Positions 37,426-46,478 of a stretch of DNA of 64,000 bases are shown here, in pieces. Each line of letters starts with the position of its first letter. Positions within the stretch are counted from its first letter, which is position 1. Under the pieces are notes generated by a model. It ran no database searches and had not been told where the DNA came from. It saw only the letters and a program-made list of their open reading frames with translations. This DNA is from Bordetella parapertussis (GTDB lineage: Bacteria > Pseudomonadota > Gammaproteobacteria > Burkholderiales > SG8-39): contig CAMDFL010000001.1 of NCBI GenBank assembly GCA_945897475.1, positions 4,842-68,841 on the forward strand, read 5' to 3'. Position numbers and translations under genes: made by a program.

Positions 37426-38703
37426 TCAACTATGCCGCGGGGCGAGCGCGCGATGCCCGATGTCGTGGCGGAACTGCATGCCTGGAAAGCGTATTTCATT
37501 GATCACCTGATAGGCGCGCCGCTGCGCCATCTTGATCGATTCACCCAGCGCAGTGACGCACAGCACGCGCCCACCGTCGGTGATGACTTTGCCCTCCTGT
37601 AACACGGTGCCCGCCTGGAATACGTGAAAATCCTCCTCCCCTGCGGGCAGCGTGGCGATGACATCGCCTTTACGTGGCGATTCGGGGTAGCCGTGCGCCG
37701 CCAGCACTACGCCCAGGGCCGCGCGTCTGTCCCACTCGACTTCAGTCGTATCCAACTTGCCTTCTACGGCGCACTCGAACAGTTCGAACAGGTCGCTTTT
37801 CAAGCGCAGCATGATGGGCTGGGTTTCCGGGTCGCCGAGGCGGCAATTGAATTCCAGAACCTTGAGGTCGCCCTTCGAATTGATCATCAGGCCGGCGTAG
37901 AGAAATCCGGAATAAGGCGTTCCCCTGGCGGCCATGCCGTTCATCACCGGTTGGATGACTTCGCGCATCACCCGCGAATGAATCTTGGGTGTGATTACCG
38001 GCGCCGGGGAGTAGGCCCCCATGCCGCCGGTATTGGGACCAAGGTCGCCATCAAGGAGTCGTTTGTGATCCTGGCTGGTGGCCAGCGTCAGAATGTTGCG
38101 GCCATCGCACATGACTATGAAGCTGGCTTCTTCGCCGTCCAGAAATTCCTCAATCACCACACGATTGCCGGCGCTGCCCATGGCATGGTCGATGAGCATC
38201 CAGTCAATGGCCTTATGGGCTTCGCTCAGATTGGACGCTACAACCACGCCTTTTCCCGAGGCCAGTCCGTCGGCTTTGATGACGATGGGCGCGCCCTTCG
38301 ATTCCACGTACGCGTGCGCCGCGGCTGCATCCGAGAAGGCCGCGTACTCCGCCGTGGGAATCCTGTGCTCGGCCATGAAGGTCTTTGCAAACTCCTTGGA
38401 CGCCTCGAGTTGCGCGCAGGCCTGCGATGGTCCGAAGATTCTAAGGCCTCTTGCCTGGAAGGCATCGACGATTCCCGCAGCGAGCGGTGCTTCGGGGCCG
38501 ACCACGGTCAGGTGTATCGGTTCGTTCGCCGCAAAATCCGCAAGCGCCGAGGCATCGGTGATGTCCAGGTTTTTGACGCCGGCCTCGGTGGCGCTGCCGG
38601 CATTGCCAGGGGCGACGAAGACGGTCTGCACACGCGGGCTTTGCGCGAGGCGCCACGCGATGGCGTGCTCGCGCCCACCAGCGCCTATGACCAGAAGTTT
38701 CAT
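37426..38703 (-). CDS. purD: Phosphoribosylamine--glycine ligase
   Basis: 425 aa with '[19 protein letters not shown]', '[14 protein letters not shown]' and '[12 protein letters not shown]'. The start abuts a 20-nt tandem array. Confidence 0.95.
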   Translation of the reverse strand: MKLLVIGAGGREHAIAWRLAQSPRVQTVFVAPGNAGSATEAGVKNLDITDASALADFAANEPIHLTVVGPEAPLAAGIVDAFQARGLRIFGPSQACAQLEASKEFAKTFMAEHRIPTAEYAAFSDAAAAHAYVESKGAPIVIKADGLASGKGVVVASNLSEAHKAIDWMLIDHAMGSAGNRVVIEEFLDGEEASFIVMCDGRNILTLATSQDHKRLLDGDLGPNTGGMGAYSPAPVITPKIHSRVMREVIQPVMNGMAARGTPYSGFLYAGLMINSKGDLKVLEFNCRLGDPETQPIMLRLKSDLFELFECAVEGKLDTTEVEWDRRAALGVVLAAHGYPESPRKGDVIATLPAGEEDFHVFQAGTVLQEGKVITDGGRVLCVTALGESIKMAQRRAYQVINEIRFPGMQFRHDIGHRALAPRHS

Positions 38704-38803
38704 GGTGAGTGCAGAAGTTTCATAGTGAGTGCAGAAGTTTCATGGTGAGTGCAGAAGTTTCATGGTGAGTGCAGAGGTTTCATAGTGAGCGCAGAACTTT
38801 CAT
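38704..38803 (-). repeat. 5 x 20-nt tandem repeat abutting the purD start codon
   Basis: The minus-strand units are ATGAAAGTTCTGCGCTCACT, ATGAAACCTCTGCACTCACC, ATGAAACTTCTGCACTCACC, ATGAAACTTCTGCACTCACT and ATGAAACTTCTGCACTCACC. They are followed by the purD start, ATGAAACTTCTGGTC. Confidence 0.95.
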
Positions 38804-38864
38804 ATCAAACCAGACGTTTCCTGGCGAGCGTGGAATTGTTCAATCAAGTATGAAATCTTAACGA

Positions 38865-40430
38865 TCAATGACGAAAGTGACGCACGCCGGTGAATACCAT
38901 GGCGACGCCCAGTTCGTCGGCCGCGCTAATGACTTCGTTGTCGCGCATGCTGCCGCCGGGCTGGATGATGGCCTTGGCCCCGGCATTGGCCACCACCTCG
39001 ACACCATCCTTGAAAGGGAAAAATGCATCCGAGGCGACCACCGAACCCGCCAGCGACAGGCCAGCGTTTTGCGCCTTGATGGCGGCGATACGCGCACTAT
39101 CCACGCGGCTCATCTGTCCCGCGCCAACGCCTAGTGTTCGCCCCGCAGCGCAAAATACGATGGCATTCGATTTCACGAACTTGGCCACGCGCCAGGCAAA
39201 CAGCAGGTCCTCAAGTTGCAAGGGTGTCGGGGCGATGCGGGTGACCACGCGCAATTCTGAGGCGGCCAGGTTGCGACTATCCGGTGATTGCACCAGCAGG
39301 CCACCGCCTACGCGTTTGAGGTCGTAGGCGGAGAATTCACGGCCGGCGGGAATCACCAGCAGGCGAACATTGGCTTTCGCCGACATGATCTTGCGTGCCG
39401 CATCGTCTATTTCGGGCGCGAGTACAACTTCAACAAACAGTTTGGCCAGCGCTTCGGCGGTAGCGCCATCCACAGGCCGGTTGAACGCGACGATGCCGCC
39501 AAAGGCCGATGTGGGATCGCAGGCGAGCGCCGCCTGGTAGGCATCGATCGAGCGCGCGCCGACTGCCACGCCGCAGGGATTGGCGTGTTTCACAATGACG
39601 CAGGCAGGTCTATCGAATGTTTTGACGCACTCCCAGGCGGCATCGGCATCGGCGATATTGTTGTAGGAGAGTTCCTTGCCTTGTATTTGCGTGTAATCGG
39701 CAATCGCCCCGGCAAAGGGTTTTGATTCGCGATAGAACGCCGCGCTCTGATGGGGGTTTTCCCCATAGCGCATTTCCTGCATTTTCTCGAATTGTAGTGT
39801 GAGTCTATCGGGCCACTCGCGGCGGCCGCCGCTGCCATCGAGACTGGTCAAATAATTGCTGATGGCCGCATCGTAGGCCGCAGTATGGGTATAGACCTTC
39901 TTCGCAAGCTCGAAGCGGCGCTCTGCCCCAAGCGAGCCTTGATTGGCGCGAAGTTCGTCCGTGATCGCGGCATAGTCATCGGGATCGACCACCACCGCGA
40001 CGCCGCGATGATTCTTGGCAGCCGCGCGCAGCATGCTCGGGCCCCCAATGTCGATATTCTCGATCGCCTCCTCCAGGGTGCAATCGGCGCGCGCCACGGT
40101 TTTCTCGAATGGATAAAGATTGACCACCACCAGGTCGATCGGCTCGATCCCGGCATCGCGAATCGCCTGCATGTGGCCGGGCAAATCGCGCCGCGCCAGC
40201 AAGCCCCCATGAATACGTGGATGCAAGGTTTTTACCCTGCCATCGAGCATTTCCGGAAAGCCGGTGTAATCGGAAACCTCGGTCACCGGGATTCCTTCCT
40301 GCGCCAATGCCCTGGCGGTGCCGCCGGTGGACAAAATGGTGACGCCCATGCCAACGAGCGTCCTGGCGAATGCCTCCAAACCGGTTTTGTCCGATACGCT
40401 GATGAGCGCGCGGCGCAGGGTGATGTTCAT
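38865..40430 (-). CDS. purH: Bifunctional AICAR transformylase / IMP cyclohydrolase
   Basis: 521 aa with '[11 protein letters not shown]', '[12 protein letters not shown]', '[12 protein letters not shown]' and the C-terminal 'FTGVRHFRH'. Confidence 0.95.
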   Translation of the reverse strand: MNITLRRALISVSDKTGLEAFARTLVGMGVTILSTGGTARALAQEGIPVTEVSDYTGFPEMLDGRVKTLHPRIHGGLLARRDLPGHMQAIRDAGIEPIDLVVVNLYPFEKTVARADCTLEEAIENIDIGGPSMLRAAAKNHRGVAVVVDPDDYAAITDELRANQGSLGAERRFELAKKVYTHTAAYDAAISNYLTSLDGSGGRREWPDRLTLQFEKMQEMRYGENPHQSAAFYRESKPFAGAIADYTQIQGKELSYNNIADADAAWECVKTFDRPACVIVKHANPCGVAVGARSIDAYQAALACDPTSAFGGIVAFNRPVDGATAEALAKLFVEVVLAPEIDDAARKIMSAKANVRLLVIPAGREFSAYDLKRVGGGLLVQSPDSRNLAASELRVVTRIAPTPLQLEDLLFAWRVAKFVKSNAIVFCAAGRTLGVGAGQMSRVDSARIAAIKAQNAGLSLAGSVVASDAFFPFKDGVEVVANAGAKAIIQPGGSMRDNEVISAADELGVAMVFTGVRHFRH

Positions 40431-40485
40431 AATGATGAATCGATGGTTGTCGCCAGGGCGAGCTCAGGTGATCGGCGCAATCGAT

Positions 40486-40737
40486 TCAACTCTTGATCTT
40501 CAGGGCGTGAATTTTCTTGCGCAGGGTATTGCGATTGATGCCCAGCATCTCAGCGGCGACAGTCTGGTTGCCCTCGGCATGTTGGAGCACGGCTTCCAGC
40601 ATCGGACGTTCGACATGCTGTAGAACCATGTCGTAGATGGATTGCGGGCGAGTACCATCCAGATCCTTGAAGTAACGGTCCAGCGTTCGCCGAACGCTGT
40701 CGGCAATCTCACCGCTCGCGTTTAAGCTTGTCGTCAT
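40486..40737 (-). CDS. fis: Fis-family DNA-binding protein
   Basis: 83 aa with the C-terminal HTH 'GNQTVAAEMLGINRNTLRKKI'. It overlaps the dusB stop, in the conserved dusB-fis pair. Confidence 0.85.
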   Translation of the reverse strand: MTTSLNASGEIADSVRRTLDRYFKDLDGTRPQSIYDMVLQHVERPMLEAVLQHAEGNQTVAAEMLGINRNTLRKKIHALKIKS

Positions 40738-41798
40738 GCCACCGCCTCCTCGCGTTCTGTGCGCCCACTCATTGCATCCCGCATTTCATCGCCTAATTCC
40801 AGATATTGCAAATGCCGGCTCGCTTGCGTCATCTGGCTGAAAAAACCGTCGACCGCCGCTATCTGATCTTCGCAATTGTCGATCTGGTTCATGCGCTGAC
40901 GAAAATTGGCCGATCCCGCCAGGCCCTTGGTGTACCAGGAGATGTGCTTGCGGGCGATCTTTACGCCTTTGTCCCTGCCATAGAACCCGTGCAGGTCATG
41001 CAAATGCTCGATCAGCACTTCGTGAATCTCCGATACCAGCGGCGCCGCCATTTTCCGTCCGGTGGACAGATAATATTCAATCTCGCGGAATATCCATGGA
41101 CGTCCCTGCGCCGCGCGTCCGATCATCACACCGTCGGCGCCGGTGTACTCAAGCACCTGCTTGGCTTCTTCCGGGGTTCCAATATCGCCATTGGCGATTA
41201 CCGGCAACCGCGTGCTGCGTTTGACTTCGCGAATGGTGTCGTATTCGGCATGCCCTGAAAACCCGCAGGCGCGGGTGCGTCCGTGAAGGGTAAGCATGCG
41301 AATGCCGCTTTGCTCGGCGATGTGCGCGACTGTGAGCGCATTTTTGCTGATGGTGTCCCAACCGGTGCGAAACTTCAAGGTCACCGGAACGCTCGATGCA
41401 TTGACCACCGCTTCCAGTATCCGGCCCACCAGAGATTCGTCGCGAAGCAAGGCAGATCCGGCCATGGCATTACAGATTTTCTTCGCAGGACAGCCCATGT
41501 TGATATCGATAATCTGCGCGCCTTCGTCCACGTTATAGCGGGCGGCATCAGCCATCATTTTCGGATCGGCGCCCGCAATCTGCACCGCGATAGGATCGAC
41601 TTCGCCATCGTGATTGGCGCGGCGGCGCGTTTTTTCGCTGCCCCAGAGAAGCGAGTTCGATGCGACCATTTCGGACACAGCCAGACCCGCGCCGAACTTT
41701 TTGCAAAGCTGGCGAAACGGACGGTCTGTTACGCCAGCCATTGGCGCTACAAGTAAATTGTTACGCAACACATGTGCGCCGATTTGCATGTTGGCCAT
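40734..41798 (-). CDS. dusB: tRNA-dihydrouridine synthase B
   Basis: 354 aa with 'LVAPMAGVTDRPFRQLC', 'IDINMGCPAKK' and 'LTLHGRTR'. Confidence 0.92.
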   Translation of the reverse strand: MANMQIGAHVLRNNLLVAPMAGVTDRPFRQLCKKFGAGLAVSEMVASNSLLWGSEKTRRRANHDGEVDPIAVQIAGADPKMMADAARYNVDEGAQIIDINMGCPAKKICNAMAGSALLRDESLVGRILEAVVNASSVPVTLKFRTGWDTISKNALTVAHIAEQSGIRMLTLHGRTRACGFSGHAEYDTIREVKRSTRLPVIANGDIGTPEEAKQVLEYTGADGVMIGRAAQGRPWIFREIEYYLSTGRKMAAPLVSEIHEVLIEHLHDLHGFYGRDKGVKIARKHISWYTKGLAGSANFRQRMNQIDNCEDQIAAVDGFFSQMTQASRHLQYLELGDEMRDAMSGRTEREEAVA

Positions 41799-41904
41799 TT
41801 CTAGATGAAATCGATGAGAGGGTAAATCGAGGGGGGCCGGCGATTTTACACTGAATCGTTTTTCACCTGGCAGCGTCGATGTCGCGAAAATATCACGCGG
41901 CTGC

Positions 41905-43053
41905 TCAGAACAGGCGATTCGAACGCAATCCGTACATCATGGTTTTCGCCAGAAGGCGTCTTGCCGGAGGGAAGGTGTCGATGGCGAGCAGCGCAGCGCC
42001 GCGCAGGGCACCCAACCAGGGTTCGGGCCGGGAAAAAATGCGCACCAGCGAGTCGGTCAGGCCGATTTCCAGGCGTCGGTCGGCCTGTCGTTGCCGCATG
42101 AAATTTTCTGCGAATTGCGCAGGCGCGATCGAGGCGTTCCGGTCGAGCAGCGCAGCGGCGAGCTCCCAAGCGTCGCGCAGACCGAGATTCAAGCCCTGTC
42201 CGGCCACCGGGTGCAGCGATTGCGCGGCATTGCCGATGGCAACGACTCTTTCACCCGGGCTCTTATTCAGGTAACGCAAGGACAAGGGAAAGCTCCGTCT
42301 GTTGCCGATATCGACAAATCTACCCAGGCGCGATCCGAAGGATTCACCAAGCTGGGACAGAAAGGCCTTTTCATTCATCCCGATCAAACCTGGCGCTCGG
42401 TCACGACTGACGCACCAGACCAATGCGAATCCATCCTCATTGGGTAGCAATGCCAGAGGCCCCTCGGGGGTAAACCGTTCGTAGGCGGTGTGGCGGCGAG
42501 GCGCTTCAGCGCGTACTTGGGCAACAATCGCGCATTGAGCGTAGTCGCGCGTCGTCGATGAATCCAGGGAGTTGTCTCGCGACAGGTTTTCAGCGGCGCC
42601 GTCGGCGAGTACCAGTAATTGAGTGTGAAAATCCTGGATTAATCCTTGCTGATCGCTAACGCTGACCGCCACCCGCCCGGCCTCTAACGACCATCCGGCA
42701 ACCTGGCCAATGTTTGGTGTGATTTTTTCGCCCATGGCGGCGCGAATCGAGCTGTAGTCGGCGACGTAACCGAGAGCTGGTAGCCCATATTCCTGCGCCT
42801 TTATCAGCGAGCGGCCGAATGCTCCGCGTTGCGAAACATGTATGGTTTGAATCGAGGTGTTGGCAATACTGTCGAATACGCCCTGATTGGCAAGCAACAG
42901 ACGCGAGCCATGGGACAGGGCGATGGGGCGCTGCGCGCCCGCCTCCAAGCTATCCACATGGAGCACTGAGAGTGGTGCGTCGCGAAGGCACAGCGCGAGA
43001 AAAGCGCCTACCGGGCCGCCACCCGCGATGAGGACGTCAACAGAGGTGTCCAT
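41905..43053 (-). CDS. ubiH: UbiH/UbiF/VisC/COQ6-family FAD-dependent ubiquinone-biosynthesis hydroxylase
   Basis: 382 aa with 'VLIAGGGPVGAFLAL' and 'VVAIGNAAQSLHPVAGQGLNLGLRD'. It lies directly downstream of pepP, as in the pepP-ubiH arrangement. Confidence 0.8.
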   Translation of the reverse strand: MDTSVDVLIAGGGPVGAFLALCLRDAPLSVLHVDSLEAGAQRPIALSHGSRLLLANQGVFDSIANTSIQTIHVSQRGAFGRSLIKAQEYGLPALGYVADYSSIRAAMGEKITPNIGQVAGWSLEAGRVAVSVSDQQGLIQDFHTQLLVLADGAAENLSRDNSLDSSTTRDYAQCAIVAQVRAEAPRRHTAYERFTPEGPLALLPNEDGFALVWCVSRDRAPGLIGMNEKAFLSQLGESFGSRLGRFVDIGNRRSFPLSLRYLNKSPGERVVAIGNAAQSLHPVAGQGLNLGLRDAWELAAALLDRNASIAPAQFAENFMRQRQADRRLEIGLTDSLVRIFSRPEPWLGALRGAALLAIDTFPPARRLLAKTMMYGLRSNRLF

Positions 43054-43061
43054 GGTGAAAT

Positions 43062-43103
43062 AAGTATCAGAGCAGTCTAATTAAGTATCAGAGCGGTCTA
43101 ATT
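43062..43103 (+). repeat. 2 x 21-nt tandem copy of the dispersed repeat family
   Basis: aagtatcagagcagtctaatt and aagtatcagagcggtctaatt, between the pepP stop (43125) and the ubiH start (43053). Confidence 0.9.
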
Positions 43104-43124
43104 GTCGATCTATGGAACGCTGCC

Positions 43125-44429
43125 TCAGGCAGCGCCTACCAGCGCCTCGATGTCCGCTACCGTCTTGGGCGTGGCCTGGGTCAGCACTTCATTGCCCGTT
43201 TCGGTGACCAGCACATCGTCTTCGATGCGCACGCCGATGTTCCAGAATTCGCGCGCTACTTTTTCGTCGGGGCGGATGTAGCAACCTGGCTCCACTGTGA
43301 GCACCATGCCGGGGCGCAGCTCACGCCATTCGCCGCCGCGCTTGTACTCGCCGGCATCGTGCACATCCAGCCCCAGCCAATGGCCGGTGCGATGCATGTA
43401 GAAGCGCTTGTAGTCTTCTTTTTCCAACACTTCCTGCAAGGACCCGGTACAAAGGCCCAGATCGATGAAGCCCTGGGCCAGCGTCTGAACTGCGGCATCA
43501 TGCGCGTCGTTCCAGCGGTGCTGGGGCGAGACCTTGGCAATCGCCGCGGCCTGTGCTTGGAGCACCAATTCATAGATTGCACGTTGCGGTGCAGAGAACT
43601 TCCCGGAGACCGGCCAGGTGCGGGTGATGTCGGAGGCATAGCCATCGAGTTCGCAACCTGCGTCCACCAGCAGCAAATCGCCCTCCATCATGGCGGCGTT
43701 GTTGTCGCGGTAATGCAGCACGCAGGCATTGGCGCCGCCGGCGACGATGGGCCAGTAAGCCGGAAACTGCGCGCCGCCGCGGCGAAATTCGTAGAGCAGT
43801 TCGGCCTCGATTTCGTATTCGTGCATACCCTGACGCGTGGCGCGCATGGCGCGGCGATGCCCGACATCGGAAATCGTTGCTGCCCGGCGCAGGGTATTGA
43901 TTTCGGCTTCGTCCTTGATCAGGCGCATTTCGTCCAATGCAAGCCGTAAGTCAATAATTGTCGATGGAGCGGTAATGCCGGCGCGGCTTTGCACCCGAAC
44001 CTGATTCAGCCATGTAATAACACGGGCGTCCCATGTGGCATCCGCGCCCGGCATGTAATGAATCGAGGCTTGATCGCCGAGAATCATCGGCATCATTTCA
44101 TCCAGCTTGGAAATTGAGTGGGCCTCATCGAACCCGAAGCGTTCGCGAGCGGCCTCCGGGCCAAAGCGGAACCCTTCCCACAACTCGCGCTCGATATTTT
44201 TGTCGCGGCAAAATAGGATGGACCTGGGCTCAGGCCCGGCAACCAGCACCAGCACCGCTTCGGGCTCCGGAAATCCCGCGAGATAATAAAAATAGCTGTC
44301 GTAGCGATACAGATAATCACTGTCGCGGTTGCGCAGCCGTTCAGGCGCCGTGGGGATGATCGCAACGCCGTGTTGCATGCGATCGCGAAGGGCGGCGCGA
44401 CGTCTTGCCTGGTCTGGAAATTCGCTCAT
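43125..44429 (-). CDS. pepP: Xaa-Pro aminopeptidase
   Basis: Start chosen at ATG 44429 (MSEFPDQARRRAAL). The canonical M24B metal ligands are present: 'LLLVDAGCELDGYASDITRT', 'HRTGHWLGLDVHD', 'LTVEPGCY' and 'GVRIEDDVLV'. Confidence 0.9.
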   Translation of the reverse strand: MSEFPDQARRRAALRDRMQHGVAIIPTAPERLRNRDSDYLYRYDSYFYYLAGFPEPEAVLVLVAGPEPRSILFCRDKNIERELWEGFRFGPEAARERFGFDEAHSISKLDEMMPMILGDQASIHYMPGADATWDARVITWLNQVRVQSRAGITAPSTIIDLRLALDEMRLIKDEAEINTLRRAATISDVGHRRAMRATRQGMHEYEIEAELLYEFRRGGAQFPAYWPIVAGGANACVLHYRDNNAAMMEGDLLLVDAGCELDGYASDITRTWPVSGKFSAPQRAIYELVLQAQAAAIAKVSPQHRWNDAHDAAVQTLAQGFIDLGLCTGSLQEVLEKEDYKRFYMHRTGHWLGLDVHDAGEYKRGGEWRELRPGMVLTVEPGCYIRPDEKVAREFWNIGVRIEDDVLVTETGNEVLTQATPKTVADIEALVGAA

Positions 44430-44484
44430 GGACCGAAGTATAGCGCCACCCCTTAGAAGGCCGTCTGGTTTGAAATAGATTGAA

Positions 44485-45156
44485 CTAGACTTGCAATAGC
44501 CTTTGATCGAGCTCGGCCAGTCTTTGCGGCGTGCCGATGTCAAACCAGTGGCCTGTATGCAATTCGCCGCTCGCCTTGCCGGCGTCGGCGGCTTCGCGCA
44601 ACAGGGGGGCAAGTTTGTGCCGGCTGCCGGGTGCCAGTCCGGCGAAAAGACGCGGGTGGTACAGAGCGATCCCGGAAAACGTGTGGCGAGGCAAGCCGTC
44701 ATTTCGGAGCGCCGATTGGTCGAGTGCGAAATCGCCTTCGAGGTGATGCGGCGGATTTGGGACGAGCACCAGATGCGCTAAATTACCGGCAAGATCGCGC
44801 GAACAAATTTTTGCAAAATCCCAATCGCAATAAATGTCGCCGGCCACCGCGATAAAAGGCGCATCGCCGAGTAAATCAAGAGCATTCGCGATTCCCCCGG
44901 CGGTTTCCAAGGCTTCGCGTTCGGGAGAATAGCGGATGCGCACACCGTACCGATCGCCATCGCCCAAGGCGGACTCGATCTGCGCGCCCAGATGTGCGTG
45001 ATTGATCACGATCTCCCGGATGCCGCCATCGCGCAGGCGCTCCAGAGTCCAAACGATCAAGGGTTTGCCGCCTGCCTGCAACAGGGGCTTGGGCGTGACA
45101 TCGGACAGCGGGCGCATCCGTTCGCCATGCCCTGCGGCGAGGATCATTGCTTTCAT
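44485..45156 (-). CDS. murU: Nucleotidyltransferase, MurU-like (N-acetylmuramate-1-phosphate uridylyltransferase)
   Basis: 223 aa with 'MKAMILAAGHGERMRPLSDVTPKPLL'. It is paired with an AmgK-like kinase and divergent from lptD, as in the Pseudomonas amgK-murU locus. Confidence 0.75.
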   Translation of the reverse strand: MKAMILAAGHGERMRPLSDVTPKPLLQAGGKPLIVWTLERLRDGGIREIVINHAHLGAQIESALGDGDRYGVRIRYSPEREALETAGGIANALDLLGDAPFIAVAGDIYCDWDFAKICSRDLAGNLAHLVLVPNPPHHLEGDFALDQSALRNDGLPRHTFSGIALYHPRLFAGLAPGSRHKLAPLLREAADAGKASGELHTGHWFDIGTPQRLAELDQRLLQV

Positions 45157-45185
45157 CGGCGGCTCCCAAGCATTCGGGATTGGTT

Positions 45186-46292
45186 CTAATTTTTCATGAC
45201 TGGTTCGAAGCCGGGGTCTTGAGCGTCCAGTTCATCGAGCAGTTTCGCAAATCCCGCCAGGTCCCGGTAGCGCCGGCAGGTGGCGTGCAGGTATTTCAAC
45301 ACCAGCGCTTGATCGCGAAGGTAGGTGGTCTTGCCGTCGCGGAACGCCAGCCGCGCGAAAATGCCCACCACCTTGATTTGTCTTTGCACGCCCATCCATT
45401 CGAAATCGCGGTAGAAATCCGCGAAATCTGCGGGAACCGGCAGGCCAGACTTGCGCGCCAACTCCCAATATCGAACGCACCAGTCGATGACGCGCTCCTC
45501 CTCCCATTCAATATAGGCGTCGCGCAGCAGCGATACCAGGTCATAGGTGATGGGGCCGTAGACCGCGTCCTGAAAATCCAGTATGCCGGGGTTGGGATCG
45601 CACACCATGAGATTTCGCGAATGGTAATCGCGATGAACGAAAACACGCGCTTGGGCGAGGTTATTGGCGAGGAGGGCTTGGAACGTGGATTCCATTGCCT
45701 GGGATTGTGTCTTGGTGAGCGTGGCGCGCAACTGCAGTTGCAAGTACCAGTCGGGGAAAAGTCTTAACTCTTTTTCCAGAAGGGATCGATCGTACTCGGG
45801 CAATACACCCATCCGGCTGGCGCGCTGAATGACAAGCAGAGCATCGATCGCGTCCCTGTACAGAATATCGATGCGAGCTCCACCATCAGCGTGGCTTTGC
45901 TGGCGCAGCAATTCCTCCAGATAGGTCGTCGTACCCATGTCCGATAGCAGCAGAAACCCGAGTGCCGCGTCTTGGTCGAGAACCTTTGGAACATTGACCC
46001 CGGCGTCACCAAAAATTTGCGCAACGCGAATAAAGGGTTCGCAGTTTTCCCGATCAGGTGGCGCGTCCATGACGATCAATGACCCGCCTTGTTTGTCGCG
46101 GACGCGGAAATAGCGCCGAAAGCTTGCGTCGCTGGAGGCCGGCTCCAGGTTCTTCGCCGATCCAGGCCGGCTCGCGTGCAGCCAATCGCTCAGCAGTTCA
46201 ATGCGATTTAGCGTACCGGTCGGGATGAGATTAAGCGAATCGACCGCGACGTGATCACGCTTTTCGGCCGGAATCCGGACGGAATCGCTCAA
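45186..46292 (-). CDS. amgK: Aminoglycoside-phosphotransferase-fold kinase, AmgK-like (anomeric MurNAc/GlcNAc kinase)
   Basis: 368 aa with 'SDASFRRYFRV', 'VFVHRDYHSRNLMV' and 'GILDFQDAVYGPITYDL' (APH Brenner and DFQ motifs). The only in-frame start is TTG 46292. Confidence 0.75.
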   Translation of the reverse strand: MSDSVRIPAEKRDHVAVDSLNLIPTGTLNRIELLSDWLHASRPGSAKNLEPASSDASFRRYFRVRDKQGGSLIVMDAPPDRENCEPFIRVAQIFGDAGVNVPKVLDQDAALGFLLLSDMGTTTYLEELLRQQSHADGGARIDILYRDAIDALLVIQRASRMGVLPEYDRSLLEKELRLFPDWYLQLQLRATLTKTQSQAMESTFQALLANNLAQARVFVHRDYHSRNLMVCDPNPGILDFQDAVYGPITYDLVSLLRDAYIEWEEERVIDWCVRYWELARKSGLPVPADFADFYRDFEWMGVQRQIKVVGIFARLAFRDGKTTYLRDQALVLKYLHATCRRYRDLAGFAKLLDELDAQDPGFEPVMKN

Positions 46293-46478
46293 CGGGCGAA
46301 TGTCGGGACAACCCGCACTGAAAATCCGATTTTGAAATCAATGTTGCGGTCGAAATCCATGTTGCCTTCCGCAGTGAATTGTGCGATTTTAGCAGCCGGC
46401 CACAATGGGCGTCTTCACGTGCGCTTTCAACACCGTATTTCTCCGCGTATTTCAAACAAATCTTCTCGCGCCACCTCA

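Noticed and set aside
37624-38748. 374-aa (and 215-aa, 38078-38725) plus-strand ORFs
   Set aside because: They are antisense to purD, which has unmistakable family motifs. They are shadow ORFs, and the 3' part simply reads through the 20-nt tandem array.
38704-38803. Tandem arrays (also 52029-52128, 52861-53000, 54645-54719, 60754-60795, 63651-63710) as CRISPR arrays
   Set aside because: Units abut directly with no unique spacers, unit lengths are 14-28 nt, several arrays overlap start codons, and there are no cas genes in the window.
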